Positions 12,259-24,411 of a stretch of DNA of 64,000 nt are shown in pieces; positions within the stretch are counted from its first letter, which is position 1, and each line of letters begins with the position of its first letter. The position numbers were made by a program, and so were the translations under genes. Source of the stretch: Sarea resinae (Eukaryota); contig JAPEUD010000061.1 in the NCBI GenBank assembly GCA_026026165.1, forward strand, positions 62,001-126,000, read 5' to 3'. A model generated the notes under the pieces. That model was not told where the DNA came from. It did not search any database and was given only the letters and a program-made list of their open reading frames with translations.

Positions 12259-13204
12259 GATTGCTTGCACTTGTTCGTGGACTTGCTCGGAGGGAGTCCT
12301 TTTGCTCACGCACGACTCGGGACGATATCTATCTGAAGCACGTGATGGGTTTGGACCGCTGTGAGAGCAGGAACTCGGAAGGTGAAGGGTGCAGAACTGT
12401 GCTCTTCTTCACTCTTCTCTCTTCTCTCTTCTCCCTTCTCCCTTCTCCCTTCTCCCCTTTCTCTTTTCTCTCCTCTCTCACGATCTCCGTATATCAGGGT
12501 TCCTGGTGTGGTCTTTGCACAGCTGAAGAGATAAGGTAGAGTACATAGTAAAGCGAGTAGGGTTCGTCAACAACAGTGACCTCAGAGTCAGTCCCCCCCA
12601 TCTTTCACTTACAGTTTCACCACTCGCACCACCCTGGTTTTGCAGTCCCCCCCGTCTCCCTCATCCAAATCATTGTCCCATATCATTGTCTCGTGCATCC
12701 ATCCATCCATCCCATCCATCCCATCCATCATCCACTTCAGCCCTACGAGACGAGTGCAATTCCCATTCACGACGGGACAACCCTAAGGTAAGCCAGAGTA
12801 CGGCGTCATCGCCCTCGTCTTCGTCTTCGTACCTCGACTGCACTGACAGCGACAAAGATACGACGGAACCCTGAAACAATACAATACAATCCCCCGGTTA
12901 CGACTTCATCCACTCAGCACCCGCAGAGACCGCCCCGGTCTCGTCTTGCCCACCTCCCCCCCCCTCCCCCTCTAGTTGCCTCCCTGGCCACAGCAGCAGT
13001 ACGCCGTATCTCTTGTCGCCTGCCTGCCTGCCTGTCTGCTTGCCTGCCTACCTACCTACCTTACCCTCTTCGTCACCCTTCTTAGTCTCAGCGCACGTCC
13101 ACCGCCATATCAATTCATCACCAAACCACCTTTCGCTATCGGGACATTGTTGACCTTCAGACAATCACTGCATCTCGTCAAGTCTTGCAGCCTCACTCGC
13201 CACC

Positions 13205-15230
13205 ATGGACGATGGCTCGAGGACTGGCGCGCCCGAACCGGCCAACCAAATCGATAATGCGATACGGGCGCTGAACGAGAAGAGGCCGGTGCCCGAGATT
13301 GACTTCACCCTGCACACCATGGAAGACGGCAACCAAGTGAGCACCATGGAGAGAGTCTGCAAAGGTGAGCGCTTCCGTCGAACATGGCCACGATCCATGG
13401 TGAAATGTATTTTTGATTCCAAAGGATCGCAATGGCTAATGCGAGACTTTGACAGACGTGCAAGCACCAGCATTTCAACCACCCACAGAAGAACAACTCT
13501 TTTCCCCGCTCGATCGGTCGAAGCCGAATCTCCAATTCCTCAAGCAGCACTTCTACCGTGAAGGTCGTCTCACCGAAGATCAGGCCTTATGGATCATCCA
13601 GAGGGGGACCGAGATTCTCAAGGCCGAGCCGAACCTTCTGGAGATGGACGCGCCTATCACTGTCTGCGGCGATGTTCATGGGCAGTACTACGATTTGATG
13701 AAACTCTTCGAGGTGGGAGGTGATCCGGCCGACACTCGGTATCTCTTCTTGGGAGACTATGTGGACAGAGGTTACTTCAGCATCGAGGTACTTCTGCCAT
13801 TGCCCCACTCCATGACGGCTGCTAAACCCCCTCATAGTGTGTGTTGTATCTCTGGTCACTGAAGATCTGGTATCCGAATACACTGTGGCTTCTACGAGGA
13901 AACCATGAATGCCGACATTTGACGGATTACTTTACGTTCAAGCTGGAGTGCAAGCACAAATACTCGGAGAGAATCTACGAAGCTTGTCTGGAATCCTTCT
14001 GTGCATTGCCATTGGCGGCCGTCATGAACAAGCAGTTCCTGTGCATACACGGAGGTCTCAGCCCAGAGCTACATACTCTGGAGGACATCAAGAGTGTATG
14101 TCACCCCAGAGCTCGACTTGATCGATACTGATCCTTCTTAGATTGATCGTTTCCGCGAACCGCCAACACACGGTCTCATGTGCGATATTCTATGGGCCGA
14201 TCCTCTCGAGGAGTTTGGCCAGGAGAAGACATCGGAGTTCTTTGTCCACAACCACGTTCGCGGCTGCTCTTACTTCTTCTCATATCCCTCCGCCTGCGCC
14301 TTCCTGGAAAAGAACAACCTCCTTTCTGTCATCCGAGCTCATGAAGCTCAGGATGCCGGATATCGGATGTATCGAAAGACTCGGACGACTGGCTTTCCTA
14401 GCGTTATGACCATATTCAGCGCCCCGAATTATCTCGATGTATACAACAACAAGGCAGCGGTATTAAAGTACGAGAATAACGTCATGAACATTCGACAATT
14501 CAGTAGGCTTCTCCGCTCACTCTGTCACGCTGTTTTGCTAACCCACTCCAGACTGCACGCCCCATCCGTATTGGCTTCCTAACTTTATGGACGTCTTCAC
14601 ATGGTCGCTTCCTTTCGTTGGAGAAAAGAGTACGTCAATCTCCCACGAAACGCCGACCCAACGCTAATGTTTTGTAGTCGCGGACATGCTCATTGCTATC
14701 CTGAACACATGCTCAAAGGAAGAGCTCGAGGAGGACGTCGTGACTCCCAACTCATCCGGTCCAGCTTCTCCACCCTTGCCCAACATGGATCCGGAGTCGA
14801 CGGAATTCAAGCGTCGTGCCATCAAGAACAAGATTCTCGCCATTGGTCGTCTTTCGCGCGTGTTCCAGGTGCTACGAGAGGAGTCCGAACGTGTAACGGA
14901 GTTGAAGACTGCCTCGGGTGGCAGACTCCCGGCTGGTACTCTGATGCTGGGCGCCGAAGGCATCAAGCAGGCCATCAACAGTTTCGAAGATGCAAGAAAG
15001 GTTGATCTGCAGAACGAGCGTCTTCCGCCGACCCAAGAAGAAGTGACCAGACAGAACGATGAGGATCGGAAGCAAGCTCTTGAGAGGGCCAGCAGGGAAG
15101 CCGATAATGACGCAGGACTGGCGAATGTGGCGCGAAGAATCAGCATGTAGGTCTTCCTGGTTTCCATCTCGATTCGATTGCTCTGACACACTACAGGTCT
15201 TCTGGAGCGGGTAGAAGCCGTCGAGGATAG
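13205..15230 (+). CDS. cnaA: Calcineurin catalytic subunit A (PP2B)
   Basis: Contains PPP motifs GDVHGQ, GDYVDRG and RGNHE, the calcineurin-specific [12 protein letters not shown], the CnB-binding [20 protein letters not shown], the CaM-binding [21 protein letters not shown] and the autoinhibitory [17 protein letters not shown]. Six coding introns; the last exon ends [10 protein letters not shown]. Confidence 0.98.
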
Positions 15231-15666
15231 TCTTTTTGCTGTAAAGATATCAGTTTCGCGCATCCGCATATCTTCAATGACATGATCCACAGGCGTAATG
15301 TGGTTTTCGGAAATATCTAGTCGTTTGGTATACGCCCGAAATTGTCGTTCGAGGGCCTCGCGATACCGATAGTCGTGTCTACAAAGCGAGCGACCGGCTG
15401 ATCTGAGTTGCGAGGCAAAAATGCAAAAGTAATCACGATGAAGAAGATGGCGTAGAATGGCACATACAAGTGAATCGAGTGACTGTAGTGGAATAGGTGA
15501 ACATTGATTGAATCCAGGCAATCCGTGATATATTCTTCTTCTGGACCGAAACACTCCGTCATCGGTTCCGCTCGACTCTAGCGAACCGCGTTTGACCTCA
15601 AAACCCGGTACGAAGTTACGATCTCTCTGTGGTTTGCATACCCGCAATCCGAAGCATTGTCTCTCA

Positions 15667-17776
15667 ATGCCTCCGCGAATACCTTCCTTTGGGCCACTGA
15701 GGGCCGGGCCGGTGGTCAAGAAAGGCGGAGCTTTCTATTGCCCTTCGTGCGCATTATGGCGTCTTTCCAGAGCGCCCCGACTTGCCATCAAATCAGCGGC
15801 ACGCTCGCCGGCACGCTCGCGACAGGCGTCGACGCTTGCTTCCTCAACTGCAGTCAATGCTCATCGAGATATACCACTGGGGACGCAGGAGCTGCATCAT
15901 GAGCTGGCTTTCTTGAAGACAAAGGCTGCAAATTATGTCAACCTGAGCAGACTGCAATTGGCCTTGCGCGGACTGGAGGCGCGAGATCCTACCGTGAGAG
16001 TCGCCGGTAAGTGCCCTTGAATCTTTATCGGCTGGCTTGTCCTGACCCTCGCGTGCAGTTCTGGGTCTCGATGGTCAAGAGGCGGCTCGGAAGGTCGTGA
16101 GGGTGCTTTTGGCGGATCCTCTTGCCGGAGAAGGTCAATGGGAAACACAACTGGAGAGCTCTGATGTAGGAGATAGCCCGGGCTTGGTTATACGGTATGG
16201 ACAAACGGTCGTCTTACTCGTCTTCACTATGCTGACTATGTATAGCTATGGCGAGGTTGCCAGCTTGCAAACACGAAGTTCATTGCTTCCGATCCTCACA
16301 ATACCGTCGCATATCCTCCGATCGCAAAATCTCGAGATTCTTGTTTCATCACTGGACACGGACGTTACAACGGACAGCTCTTCGTATCAGAGCTCCCGTC
16401 CTGTGGACGCGATCCTCGTACCCGCTCTCCAGGCGCGCGCATCATCCACGGGGAGGTTCTCAACCATCACATACCCGGTACATCGAGCGCTGCTGTTTGG
16501 AGACGGTGTTGAGGGGTGCGTTGCTTACGGGAGATATGCGGCGGGAAAGATTGGGAGCGATGTGCCTAAGAGCATGGTCAATGTAGCCCTAGGGTTGCCT
16601 TCTGCTGGGACCATCAAGAAGCCCAAGTCTGAAGATCTGATTACTGTCGATGTGCCTCTTGCTTCGTCCGCTCTAAGCCAGTTCAGAGCGTCAATAGAGA
16701 ACGCAACGGTCTACGAGCGGGGCTGGTTCCAAAGTGGCATGCCAATTCTATCACAATGGCTCACCGAAGGCTCTTCACGAGCAGCCGCCACCAACGACGG
16801 GAAACTCAAGCCTGCCATCCGAAATCTGATCGATTCGCTCCTCGACGACGCGGAAGCAAGCGTCACGGCGGACGATTCCCAGCGCCTGCGAGAACTCGTC
16901 GACTCGTCCGTCCCAGAAGCAACCCGAGAATCTCTCCAGACATCTCTACGTCTCTGGGCCGAGCGTGGCCATACCGAGTTACGTGACCAGCTTGACATCG
17001 CCTTTGCCGGGAAACGCTGGCGCCGTCTCGCGTGGTGGAAACTGCTCTGGCGCGTCGACGATGTGGGAATGATCACATCGGAGCTGCTGGGGAGGCGCTG
17101 GCTTGTCGAGGCCGAGAAAGAAATCATCTGGCTGGCGGGGCGAATAGAAGAAGCCGGATTCTTCAAGAACGCGGCGGACACGGCCGAACGGCGCTCCTTG
17201 ACCGGATCCGAATCCCAGCACCAACAGCCGTCGGAAAACTACTCGTTCGGGTCTACGCCTCCGCCGCCCGAGCTCGCCGACCTCGTCACCGCCGCCCCCG
17301 CGGACATCGATGACTCCGCCCTCACGCCAAGCACGACTCCGCTCCGGCCCTGGCCGCTGCAGATCCCGGTCTCGCGCGCGCACCTGATCGCCACCAGCGT
17401 GCCGCCGCTGCAGGCGCTGGCGCAGAAACTGGTGCTGCAGACGCTCTCGACGACCAGCCTCTCGCTCGCCCTGTCGGCGCTTCTCTTCGTCTCGGTGCCG
17501 CAGTTCTCGTCCGTCTACTCGGCCGGCGCGGTCGCGGCGCTCGGCACCACGTGGGCGCTGAGACGGCTCCAGTCGCGATGGGAGGGCGCCAAGGCGTTTT
17601 TCGAGGGCGAGGTCAGGGAGGAGGGCAGGCAGGTGCTGAGACGGTCCGAGGGCGTCGTCGGCGGCGTGCTGGAGAGCGGCGGCAAGGGGCGTGTGGATGA
17701 GGGCGGCGTTGTCGCGAGGAGAGAGGCTCGGGATGCCATTGAGCGGGCCAGGAGAGGCTTGGCTCGTTTGCAGTAG
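15667..17776 (+). CDS. Conserved fungal protein, Mmc1-like, probably mitochondrial
   Basis: Arg/Ser/Ala-rich N-terminus starting MPPRIPS, introns at 16007-16058 and 16195-16245, a WRRLAWWKLLWRVDDVG motif and two C-terminal hydrophobic helices. Confidence 0.7.
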
Positions 17777-18003
17777 GCCGCTTCGTCTTTTCGTTGTCCG
17801 TCGAGATTGTATGTATGGGTGAGTCTGGTCGGGTCGGGCGGGCTTGGGGTGGGTTGTGCTTTTTTTTCTTCGTCCTGACCACGGGTGTTTCGAGTCGGGC
17901 TGCTTGTGTGCATCGTATAGCATAGCTCTACCACATGTTGTATGCATATCCATATATATCGATCTAAATATATACCATATTGCTCGTGTGTAAGTCCTCA
18001 CCC

Positions 18004-18008
<5 letters not shown>

Positions 18009-18057
<49 letters not shown>
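18009..18057. repeat. (CT)n microsatellite
   Basis: About 24 perfect TC units in the convergent terminator region. Confidence 0.95.
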
Positions 18058-18060
<3 letters not shown>

Positions 18061-18432
18061 TTTATTCGTTCCCACCGACACCAGCACGATCGACACACAA
18101 ACGAGCAGAAAGAGGAAGGGAAATGATAACAAAACACATCTATGCTCAGTCTCTTGACCTTTCTGTTTTCTTTTCCATTTTTTTTTTCTAATCTTCATTT
18201 GAATTTTTGGTTTCGTTATCATTTTTTTTTTTTGTTTTCATCACGGTGTTTGATTGGATTGGATATGACATAGATATGCTCGTCGACGAAGCTGTTTATA
18301 TTTTTTTATGTTTTCATACGTCTATGTATATATGTATATACAGGATCAAAGAGGATTGTATGGCATGGTATGGGATGGGGTAGTCCCTGTTCTTGCGGAC
18401 GGCGATGAGGATGAGGATGAGGATGAGGATAA

Positions 18433-20298
18433 TCATTCCTCCATATTTTCGACACCCTCTCCGTTCCTATCCCCTGCAGCCGTCTTGTCCTCCGCCCCCT
18501 CTGCAACCGCCGCCGCCGCCGCAGCCTTTCTCATCTGCCTCTTACTCAGCCCCTCCCCATCACCACCACCAGCACCACCACCAACCCCCCCGCCAGCCTT
18601 GCCCCTCACCGGCCACGCCCGCCGACACGCCTCTTCGTCCGCGCCGGACCACTCGCGCGGCAGGATCGCAAACACGAGATAGGACGTGTGGGTCTTGAGC
18701 TCGGGCTCGGAGCGGTGGATCAGGCGGCCCTCGCGGTACAGCTTCCGCTGCGCCTGTGCGACGCGCAGGGTCGAGAGCCGCGCCGCTTTGGAGACGCGCG
18801 TCGGGTTCGAGTTCGGGTTCGGGTTCGGGTTCGGGCCTGTCTCGCTGTCGCCATTGTTGCCATTGTTGGCGTTAGCCTCGCCGCTACCGTCGCCGTCACC
18901 GTCGCCGTTGCCGGTGCTGCTGTGGAACGCGCGGAATCGGCCCTCGACCTCGCGCAGCTTCGTCAGGGCCTCGTCCACGTTCGCCGGCGACGAGTTCACG
19001 CTCCGGAGCCCCTCTTCTTGCAGCCCGACGCGCTCGCGCCGCACGTCGATGCGCTTGTGCGCGATCTCGACCATTTCGATCTCGAGCCAGCCGAGCTGCC
19101 GCAGCGTCGAGATGGTCCGCTGGACTTGCTCGATGCAGGGCGAGAACGTGCAGATGCGGACCGTGGTGTTGGGGTTCAGGGGCGAGCGGAAGGGCGCCGG
19201 TTTCTCGTCGCGTCCTGGAGTACCGGTCGGTAGTGGAGTGCTGCCTGGAGTGGTGGGTTCCTCTTTTATTGCTGTGGTTGTTGGTGCTGGTGGTGCTGCG
19301 GGGGATTCGACGTTTGCCGTCTCGGTGGCCAGGGCGGTGGGTGTAGGCGATTGTGGATTCGATGATCCGACGGCGGTGTTCATGATTTTGGGCGGGATGG
19401 GCTTGCGCGTAAGATGGCGGAGGGCAAGCCATGGGGCCGGGAGATCGAGAAAGATGGCCTCTGCCTGGGGCTCCCGAGGGACGGGGTGGGCCCCATCGGA
19501 TTCGTCTGCGTTGTCTCCGTCCAGGAGGAAGCCTTCGTGACATACGTCCCGGTGAGTGATCTTGACGAATTCGTCGAGGCCATGGTCCGCAATCTCGGTC
19601 CTCAGTGTGCCGACCCGCTGCTCGTGGAACTCGTAACTCCATACCCTCCCCATCTTCTTCCGCCTCTTCGAGACCGGCGATCCGTCACTGGCTGCTTCCG
19701 ACGAGGCGGATCCGTTATATACCGCTCTGGCGGCCGCGTGCGTGAAAGATCCACTCCCGGCTCCGGCCTCGATGAGGACGCTTCCCGGCCTCGCACGCAG
19801 CCGGTTTAGAATGTAGCTGTAGTCGGGCGTGTACACGACCTGGGTGCGATGCGGCAGCGAGGTCGTCCACGACTCGGGCGTGGGCGGCAGGAGATGAATG
19901 AACCCCGTGGACGCAGTGATGGCCGCCTTGGGCGCACCCCCAGCACCAGCACCAGCACCAGCACCCGCTGTCGTAGTCCCCGACTCTTCTCCTTCGGCGT
20001 CTGCGTCTTCGGCTCGTTTGCGCTTCTGGCTCTTCTTTGCGCCAGCGGCTCGCCGACCCCGCGAACCCGTGTCGACATTCGAGGCGCGCACCTGGCTGCC
20101 CCACGGCAAGCCGATCAGCGTGCTGTGCGGAAAAGACCCAAAGCGCGTGTTGGTGACGCTGCCTTCGTCGTAGCCCGTGTCGGGGGCCGAGTCGTCCTGC
20201 AGGATGGTGGGGAGGAGAAGATCGCGCTTGAGGTGGAGGATGGCGAGACTCGAGGGTTTGGACGTGGGGCCAGGATCCAGGAAGGGAGAGGGAGCCAT
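18433..20298 (-). CDS. TRM61: tRNA m1A58 methyltransferase catalytic subunit Trm61/Gcd14
   Basis: Contains TNTRFGSFPH, PTPESWTTSLPHRTQVVYTPD, SAM motif IEAGAGSGSF, YEFHEQR, IFLDLPAPW, FSPCIEQV and THTSYLVFA. Intronless, ATG at 20298. Confidence 0.96.
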   Translation of the reverse strand: MAPSPFLDPGPTSKPSSLAILHLKRDLLLPTILQDDSAPDTGYDEGSVTNTRFGSFPHSTLIGLPWGSQVRASNVDTGSRGRRAAGAKKSQKRKRAEDADAEGEESGTTTAGAGAGAGAGGAPKAAITASTGFIHLLPPTPESWTTSLPHRTQVVYTPDYSYILNRLRARPGSVLIEAGAGSGSFTHAAARAVYNGSASSEAASDGSPVSKRRKKMGRVWSYEFHEQRVGTLRTEIADHGLDEFVKITHRDVCHEGFLLDGDNADESDGAHPVPREPQAEAIFLDLPAPWLALRHLTRKPIPPKIMNTAVGSSNPQSPTPTALATETANVESPAAPPAPTTTAIKEEPTTPGSTPLPTGTPGRDEKPAPFRSPLNPNTTVRICTFSPCIEQVQRTISTLRQLGWLEIEMVEIAHKRIDVRRERVGLQEEGLRSVNSSPANVDEALTKLREVEGRFRAFHSSTGNGDGDGDGSGEANANNGNNGDSETGPNPNPNPNSNPTRVSKAARLSTLRVAQAQRKLYREGRLIHRSEPELKTHTSYLVFAILPREWSGADEEACRRAWPVRGKAGGGVGGGAGGGDGEGLSKRQMRKAAAAAAVAEGAEDKTAAGDRNGEGVENMEE

Positions 20299-20569
20299 GA
20301 TCTTGGACGTAGACGTAGGTGATTCCAGATGGAGAGATATATTGACTCCCTTTCGTGAATCATTGAGGGGTCCTCGGTCTCGCGATGTGCAATTATCTCT
20401 CACGGGAATTTGCTGAAATTCATCTGCATGTGGCTCGTGCGTTTTAGCGGCATCCTCCGCGCTCGTCATCCTCACAAAGAGATCGAGACTGAGGGCTGCG
20501 GCCTTGACTCACCACCGAATATTCACAACTCTTGAGCTTTTCAACAAATAGCATCCTCACCTACACTGG

Positions 20570-23368
20570 ATGCTGCGCCCTTCTTTCTATAGCCTGCTAC
20601 GACCTCTTGATTCTGGCCCCGTTCACCTGGGACTGCGCGCCCAATTAGCCATCTTCCGCAGAGCGATGGCGACGACGACGACGACCTCGCGCCAGCAGCC
20701 GCCATGGCAGCCTCCCCCGCAGTCGGCGCCAGGAGTGTCGATCCCGCCGTTGAAAGTCTTCAACTCGCTGACTCGGAGCAAAACGCCGTTTGTGCCCCTG
20801 GATCCCGCGGGGAAGAAGGTCAGCTGGTACGTGTGCGGGCCGACCGTGTACGACGATGCGCATCTGGGCCATGCCAGGAACTATGTCACCACGGATATCC
20901 TGCGGCGCATCATGCGCGACTACTTCAAATTCGAGGTCAATTTTGTCATGAACATTACCGACGTCGATGATAAGGTAAGCTGGCTGCTGCGTTGCGTTGC
21001 CTTGCGTTACGCGGGGCAGAGCTGTCGCTAATAGCCCTAGATCATCGTCCGTGGACGGCAACAGTATCTCCTGGAGCAATTCACTTCGAAGCATACTGCA
21101 CTGGATGAAGAAGTGGCACACACGGCTTCAGAGGCTTACGCTGTGTACATCAAGAAGAATCTGCCCCTGATACCGGTGACGACCCCTCCAGAGCAGTACA
21201 CAGCAGAGGCAGGAAAGGCCTACGCGGCCGTGCTGAGCGGGGGCACACTGACAGGAGAGGGATCAGCAGGCGATGCAGAAGCAAAGATAAAGATGCACCT
21301 GAAGACGGCAACGGATGCGTCTCAAGCCTTGGTGGCCGCGGCCCAAACCCCTCCATCCATCACGCCCGCCGACTTCTTCACCCAGACCACAGACGTCCTC
21401 CTGCCCTACCTCGACTCGCTGTACGGCTCCTCGATCGACGCCACCGACCACGCCATCTTCACGAAGCTGACGCGCAAGTTCGAGAACCGCTTCATGGAAG
21501 ACGTGCGCGCGCTCAACTGCCTCGACCCGGACGTCGTGACGCGCGTGACGGAATACGGGCCGCAGATCGTCTCGTTCGTGTCGAAGATCGTGGCCAACGG
21601 CTTCGGCTACGCGACCGCGGACGGGTCCATCTACTTCGACATCCAGGCCTTCGAGCGGGCCGGCAACAGCTACGCGCGCCTGGAGCCGTGGAACCGCAAC
21701 GACGCGGCCCTGCAGGCCGACGGCGAGGGCGCCCTGACCAAGACCTCGGCCGACAAGCGCTCCAGCGCCGACTTCGCCCTGTGGAAGTCCAGCAAGCCCG
21801 GCGAGCCCAGCTGGCCCAGCCCGTGGGGCCCCGGCCGGCCCGGCTGGCATATCGAGTGCTCCGCCATGGCGTCCGATGTGCTGGGCAGTCGCATCGACAT
21901 CCACTCCGGCGGCATCGACCTGGCCTTCCCGCATCACGACAACGAGCTGGCGCAGAGCGAGGCGTATTGGTCCGCGGACGCTTCCCACGCGGCCTGCTGC
22001 AGCAACGGCCACGGCCACGGCCACGGCCACGAGCATCAGTGGGTGGATTATTTCATGCACATGGGCCATTTGTCCATTGCCGGGTCGAAGATGTCGAAGT
22101 CGTTGAAGAACTTCACCACGATTCGAGAGGCGCTGGGGAGGGGCGATTGGACGCCTCGAGGGCTCAGGATTGTTTTCCTGCTCGGCGGATGGAAGGACGG
22201 CGTCGAGATTACCGATGATCTCGTTGTGGCTGGCAGCTCATGGGAGGACAAAGTCAACGTCGGTCACCCCGATGCAAAACATGCAAGACGCGCATCTCGA
22301 GCATCCCCTTTTGACATGACATGCGACTAACATACACTGTAGAACTTCTTCATCAAAGCTAAAGATGCCCTCGAAAACGCCCCTTCTTCCTCTTCTCCCT
22401 CCACGGAGCCCCCAACGCCCACAGAATCAGATACCGCAATCCTCTCCGCCCTCGCAACCACCCAGCAGAACATCCACGCCGCCCTCTGCGACTCCTTCAA
22501 CACCCCAATCGCCATGTCGCTCCTCTCGGAGCTGATCACGAAATACAACACGGCGGTGCAAACGCCGTCGGCCATCAGCGTGTCGACGACCCGAGCCGTC
22601 GCATCCTGGATCACCCAGATGGTCAACATCTTCGGCCTAGAATCGAACCCCTCTTCTTCCCCTTCATCCTCATCCGCCACGGACGCGAACACGATAGGCT
22701 GGTCTGGCATCGACGTCCCGGAAGACGCAAAACCGTACCTGATCCCGCTCGCCGCCATCCGAGATTCCATCCGCGTCCTCGCCCGCTCCAGCCCCAAGAA
22801 CGAACCCATCGCCCCCACCACCATCGAATCCATCCTCTCCTCCTCGCCCGTTCCCGCCAATGACCCACCCCAGCAGAGTCCCTACCACGCGGCACTCCTA
22901 ACATTCCGAGATACGCTGCGCACGCTCCCTACCCCGATACTGCCTGCCACGCTCCTGAAACTGTCCGACGAATTACGCGACGAGACGCTCTGGGCACTGC
23001 ACATCTACCTCGAAGACCGCGACCCGCCGACGCCGTCGCTGATCCGACCCCTGACGAAAGACCTGATCGCGGCGCGCGCGGAGAAGACGGCGCGGGAAGA
23101 GGCCAAGGTGGCCGCGAAGGCGCAGCGGGACAAGGAGGCCCGCGAACGCGAGGAGAAGGCCCGTGTCGATCCACGCGAGATGTTCAGGAGCGCCGAGTGG
23201 AGCGCCTGGGACGCGGATGGCGTGCCGGTCGCCGATGCGGCGGGCGTGGAGGTGCCCAAGTCCAAGAGTAAGAAATTGCGCAAGGAGTGGGAGCGGCAGA
23301 AGAAGAGCTATGATGCTTGGCTGGCGACGGAGGCCGGTAAGCTGAGTCTCGGCTCTGGGGATAGATGA
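20570..23368 (+). CDS. Cysteinyl-tRNA synthetase (class I)
   Basis: Contains [15 protein letters not shown] (HIGH), [43 protein letters not shown] and KMSKSLKNF. Introns at 20974-21040 and about 22259-22342. Confidence 0.98.
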
Positions 23369-23685
23369 TGCGGTGTTTCTGGACGGACATAGACGTGACG
23401 TGATATGTGGAAAGGAAAACAGAGAGAGCGAAGAGGAACCTGAGGAGTTTTTATCTTAGGTCTTCCCGGGAGCTGGAATTAGAGAGCTTAATCGGGTATT
23501 ATTGCTGCAGTGGGGATCAGAATAGAAGTGAAAAAAGTCCGCGTCTTGATAAGACTTGCATTCCAATACAGCATGTGTTGCGCATAGACTGCTGCCGAGG
23601 ATCCGCTTTGTCCAGATAGCTAGTGACAGTCTTCTGAGACCAGTGTATGCATGTGTAATGGTATTCAAGAGAGCCAGAAAGATAT

Positions 23686-24411
23686 TCACGATATTTCCAC
23701 ACTACCCTCGGGCACACCTCTCCTACTTCGTAGACGACGAGCAAAGAATTGCATCATCGGGAGCATCTCGTCTCGATTGCTGGGCATGCCATCGCCGGAC
23801 TTCTTCCATTGCTTATACTCGACGAATTCGAAGCTGTCTTTCAATCTCGTCACGGCCGAGTCCGAGATCAGAGTTCTAGAGGAGCCACCGAGTAACAAGA
23901 CCGGCGTCTTGAATTTCTTGCCTGTGGGAGCTACTATGGAAGACGGCAATGGTCCCCCGACGGAGATGACACCGGAGAGCTCGGGCAAGGCAGTAGCGGC
24001 GGCCAACCCAGCCATGCCGCCTTGACCGAAGCCGAAGATCAGGATCTCACGTGCCTGATACCCACATGTTTCCATCAGGCCTTTGCGTATGATATCCTCG
24101 GCGATCACTCTGCGCGCCTTCTGGAAGCCGGTGTCGAAGTCCATGGAGCCGGAGGCTTGATCGAAGATGATGTCATCGCCCCAGTGGAAGCCGCCCAGGT
24201 CGAAGGGCAGAGGTGTTGGTGCCTGCAGAGATAGACATGCTGTTTCCGGCAGGGAGAGATTGCGGCCCAGGGCGGTAAATGAGGCATGCGTGTCGCCGAG
24301 GCCGTGGAGGAGGACCAGGATATTGATTGGGGGTTGGGAGAGCGGTGGGGGGGTGATGGCCAAGGACAGGGAGGAGGGGAAGTCCGATGTTGTGGGAAGA
24401 CGGCCGGGCAT
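23686..24411 (-). CDS. Phospholipase/carboxylesterase family alpha/beta-hydrolase
   Basis: Intronless 241-aa ORF with LLHGLGD and FGFGQGG. The nucleophile elbow has Gly where acyl-protein thioesterases have Ser (GFSQG). Confidence 0.85.
   Translation of the reverse strand: MPGRLPTTSDFPSSLSLAITPPPLSQPPINILVLLHGLGDTHASFTALGRNLSLPETACLSLQAPTPLPFDLGGFHWGDDIIFDQASGSMDFDTGFQKARRVIAEDIIRKGLMETCGYQAREILIFGFGQGGMAGLAAATALPELSGVISVGGPLPSSIVAPTGKKFKTPVLLLGGSSRTLISDSAVTRLKDSFEFVEYKQWKKSGDGMPSNRDEMLPMMQFFARRLRSRRGVPEGSVEIS

Noticed and set aside
14664..15719. 351-aa minus-strand ORF
   Set aside because: Antisense to calcineurin's 3' exons and UTR, with no motifs.
16195..16245. Stop-free in-frame segments read through by the ORF track (also 12192-12245 and 37438-37545)
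   Set aside because: Each has a canonical donor, branch point and acceptor, so they are best treated as ordinary 3n introns rather than protein insertions.
16979..22218. Numerous long overlapping ORFs over the Mmc1-like, TRM61 and CysRS genes (likewise 47241-49001)
   Set aside because: Expected stop-poor shadow frames of high-GC3 coding sequence.
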